IMG/VR virus record: IMGVR_UViG_3300045988_035653 | Span: 1 to 35,456 of that record | Direction: 5' to 3' (one strand) | Origin: a virus | DNA: 35,456 bases | In this document: piece by piece, positions 34,375 to 35,456 of the stretch | How positions within the stretch are numbered: position 1 is the stretch's first letter | Layout: each line of letters begins with the position of its first letter | Position numbers and translations under genes: made by a program | The notes under the pieces: generated by a model | What the model was told of the DNA's origin: nothing | What the model saw: the letters and a program-made list of their open reading frames with translations, nothing else | Databases searched by the model: none

Positions 34375-35407
34375 ATTGCGTTTTTACGTTATTATCGTAC
34401 TCGGGCGCGTTATGGTTGTCAATCACGCGTTTACCTGTCCATGTTTTAATAGATGTAGACACGTAACCACCGCATAGAGTTATGTCCCCAATCGGTGAAA
34501 TCGAGTTGTTTATCACTGCATTATCTTTAATAGTAACCGCGCCAATACCCGCACCTGATAAACCGCCCGCCGCTGTTATTGTAGCGTTATCACTCATAAC
34601 CAAAGTAGGAGAAACAGACCTAAGTTCCCCTAGCACCTTTGAATTGTCATACATAAACACCTTAAGACCAGTAAGCGGTAGTGTCGCAATAGAATTGTAC
34701 ACTGCGTTACCCTCCATAACAAGGGCTGCAAATGTTTGTACGTTTTCGGAAGTCTTGGTACATAGCGTGTTATCCTTCATGTAGGCGTACCCGTTTACAG
34801 CCATTCCCGACATAATGGCGTTTCCACCGAAGTAGCCCGATCCGACTACACCAGCATTAACGAGTGTAGCGTTATCCTCTACTCTGATGTTGCCCTTCAT
34901 GTTAACCGCCGTTGCCCCTGTGTTCACGATCTTACAACCGTTGTACACCGTTACGGTTACGCCTGCAAGGTCTTCCGGTGTTATCGCGCTGTCGTTAGAT
35001 TTTCTAAACAGTAAATAACAACGATCGTTAGCATTTGCTACTGTGAGTTCCCCAGAAGTCCATCCCGGCGATAACGTTATAATCTTGTTATTACGGTCTG
35101 TGATGATTGGGCTACATTGAATCCCGTTGGGTATTCCGCTAACTTTCAAACCTTCTGCGCGATTCAACCGGAAATACGTGTTAGACCGTACACGCGTAGT
35201 ACTGGCTGTAGATCCTGTAATCGTTTCGCCGATAGCCGAAGTGTTAAAACCCCCTTGTACCGCACGCGGCTGAACGTTCAGAACCTGTTCCAATTGATGG
35301 CTACGTACTTTGCTGCCAAACACGTTTGTACCTGCGAAGTCAAACAGACCGTTAAAATACGCGTCCTTGTAAATGGTTGTACCATAAGAGTTTACGGTGC
35401 TCACCAT
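34364..35407 (-). CDS. Tail fibre / tailspike-like protein, 3' part (internal Met445 to the stop of the 791-aa wrapped ORF)
   Basis: The frame stays open upstream of 35407 to the window end and continues into 1338..1. The C-terminal part has short beta-helix-like repeats (NATLVNAG, DNATITAAG, DNAVINNS). Confidence 0.85.
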   Translation of the reverse strand: MVSTVNSYGTTIYKDAYFNGLFDFAGTNVFGSKVRSHQLEQVLNVQPRAVQGGFNTSAIGETITGSTASTTRVRSNTYFRLNRAEGLKVSGIPNGIQCSPIITDRNNKIITLSPGWTSGELTVANANDRCYLLFRKSNDSAITPEDLAGVTVTVYNGCKIVNTGATAVNMKGNIRVEDNATLVNAGVVGSGYFGGNAIMSGMAVNGYAYMKDNTLCTKTSENVQTFAALVMEGNAVYNSIATLPLTGLKVFMYDNSKVLGELRSVSPTLVMSDNATITAAGGLSGAGIGAVTIKDNAVINNSISPIGDITLCGGYVSTSIKTWTGKRVIDNHNAPEYDNNVKTQYDF

Positions 35408-35456
35408 GCTTAGAGACTTAACACTATCGTAACCCTCAACTAGACTGCCAAAAACA
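35402..35456. repeat. Terminal overlap copy 2, identical to 1..55
   Basis: Exact 55-bp identity with window start. Confidence 0.95.

Noticed and set aside
1-35456. tRNA genes, integrase/attP, DGR reverse transcriptase, toxin-antitoxin pairs and stop-codon reassignment
   Set aside because: I found no cloverleaf-like sequences (no GTTCGAAT-type T-loops) in the intergenic regions and no recombinase or RT motifs. Long uninterrupted ORFs under the standard code argue against recoding. This was a by-eye search only, so tRNAscan-SE and HMM searches should confirm it.

Overview
The window is one closed tailed dsDNA phage genome. Bases 1-55 are identical to 35402-35456, so the unique unit is 35,401 bp and the ends look like an assembler overlap. 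All credible genes (about 48) lie on the minus strand, and many are joined by ATGA or TAATG stop/start overlaps. Intergenic regions carry Bacteroides-type promoters (-33 TTTG, 18-19 nt spacer, -7 TAnnTTTG), so a Bacteroidota host is predicted. In transcription order (descending coordinates) there are two blocks. The early/replication block (18967->4648) holds an HTH protein, a Pro/Ala-repeat protein, a DUF2800-like Cas4-type nuclease and a DUF2815-like SSB. It also holds a family A DNA polymerase, an AEP-primase/VirE helicase, VRR-NUC, an SNF2 helicase and many small membrane or Cys-rich ORFs. The late block (4045->1, wrapping to 35401->19534) holds TerS and TerL, a 791-aa tail fibre gene cut by the contig junction, and a tail protein with a BACON-domain array. 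It continues with the tape measure, protease/scaffold, major capsid, three tandem paralogous 180-aa structural genes, portal, holin, M15 endolysin and a spanin-like gene. No integrase, repressor, tRNA, CRISPR or reverse transcriptase was seen. The least explained structures are two homologous ~210-bp AT-rich elements sitting exactly at the two operon boundaries, and a repeat cluster next to terS. Function calls come from motifs read by eye. No database search was run.
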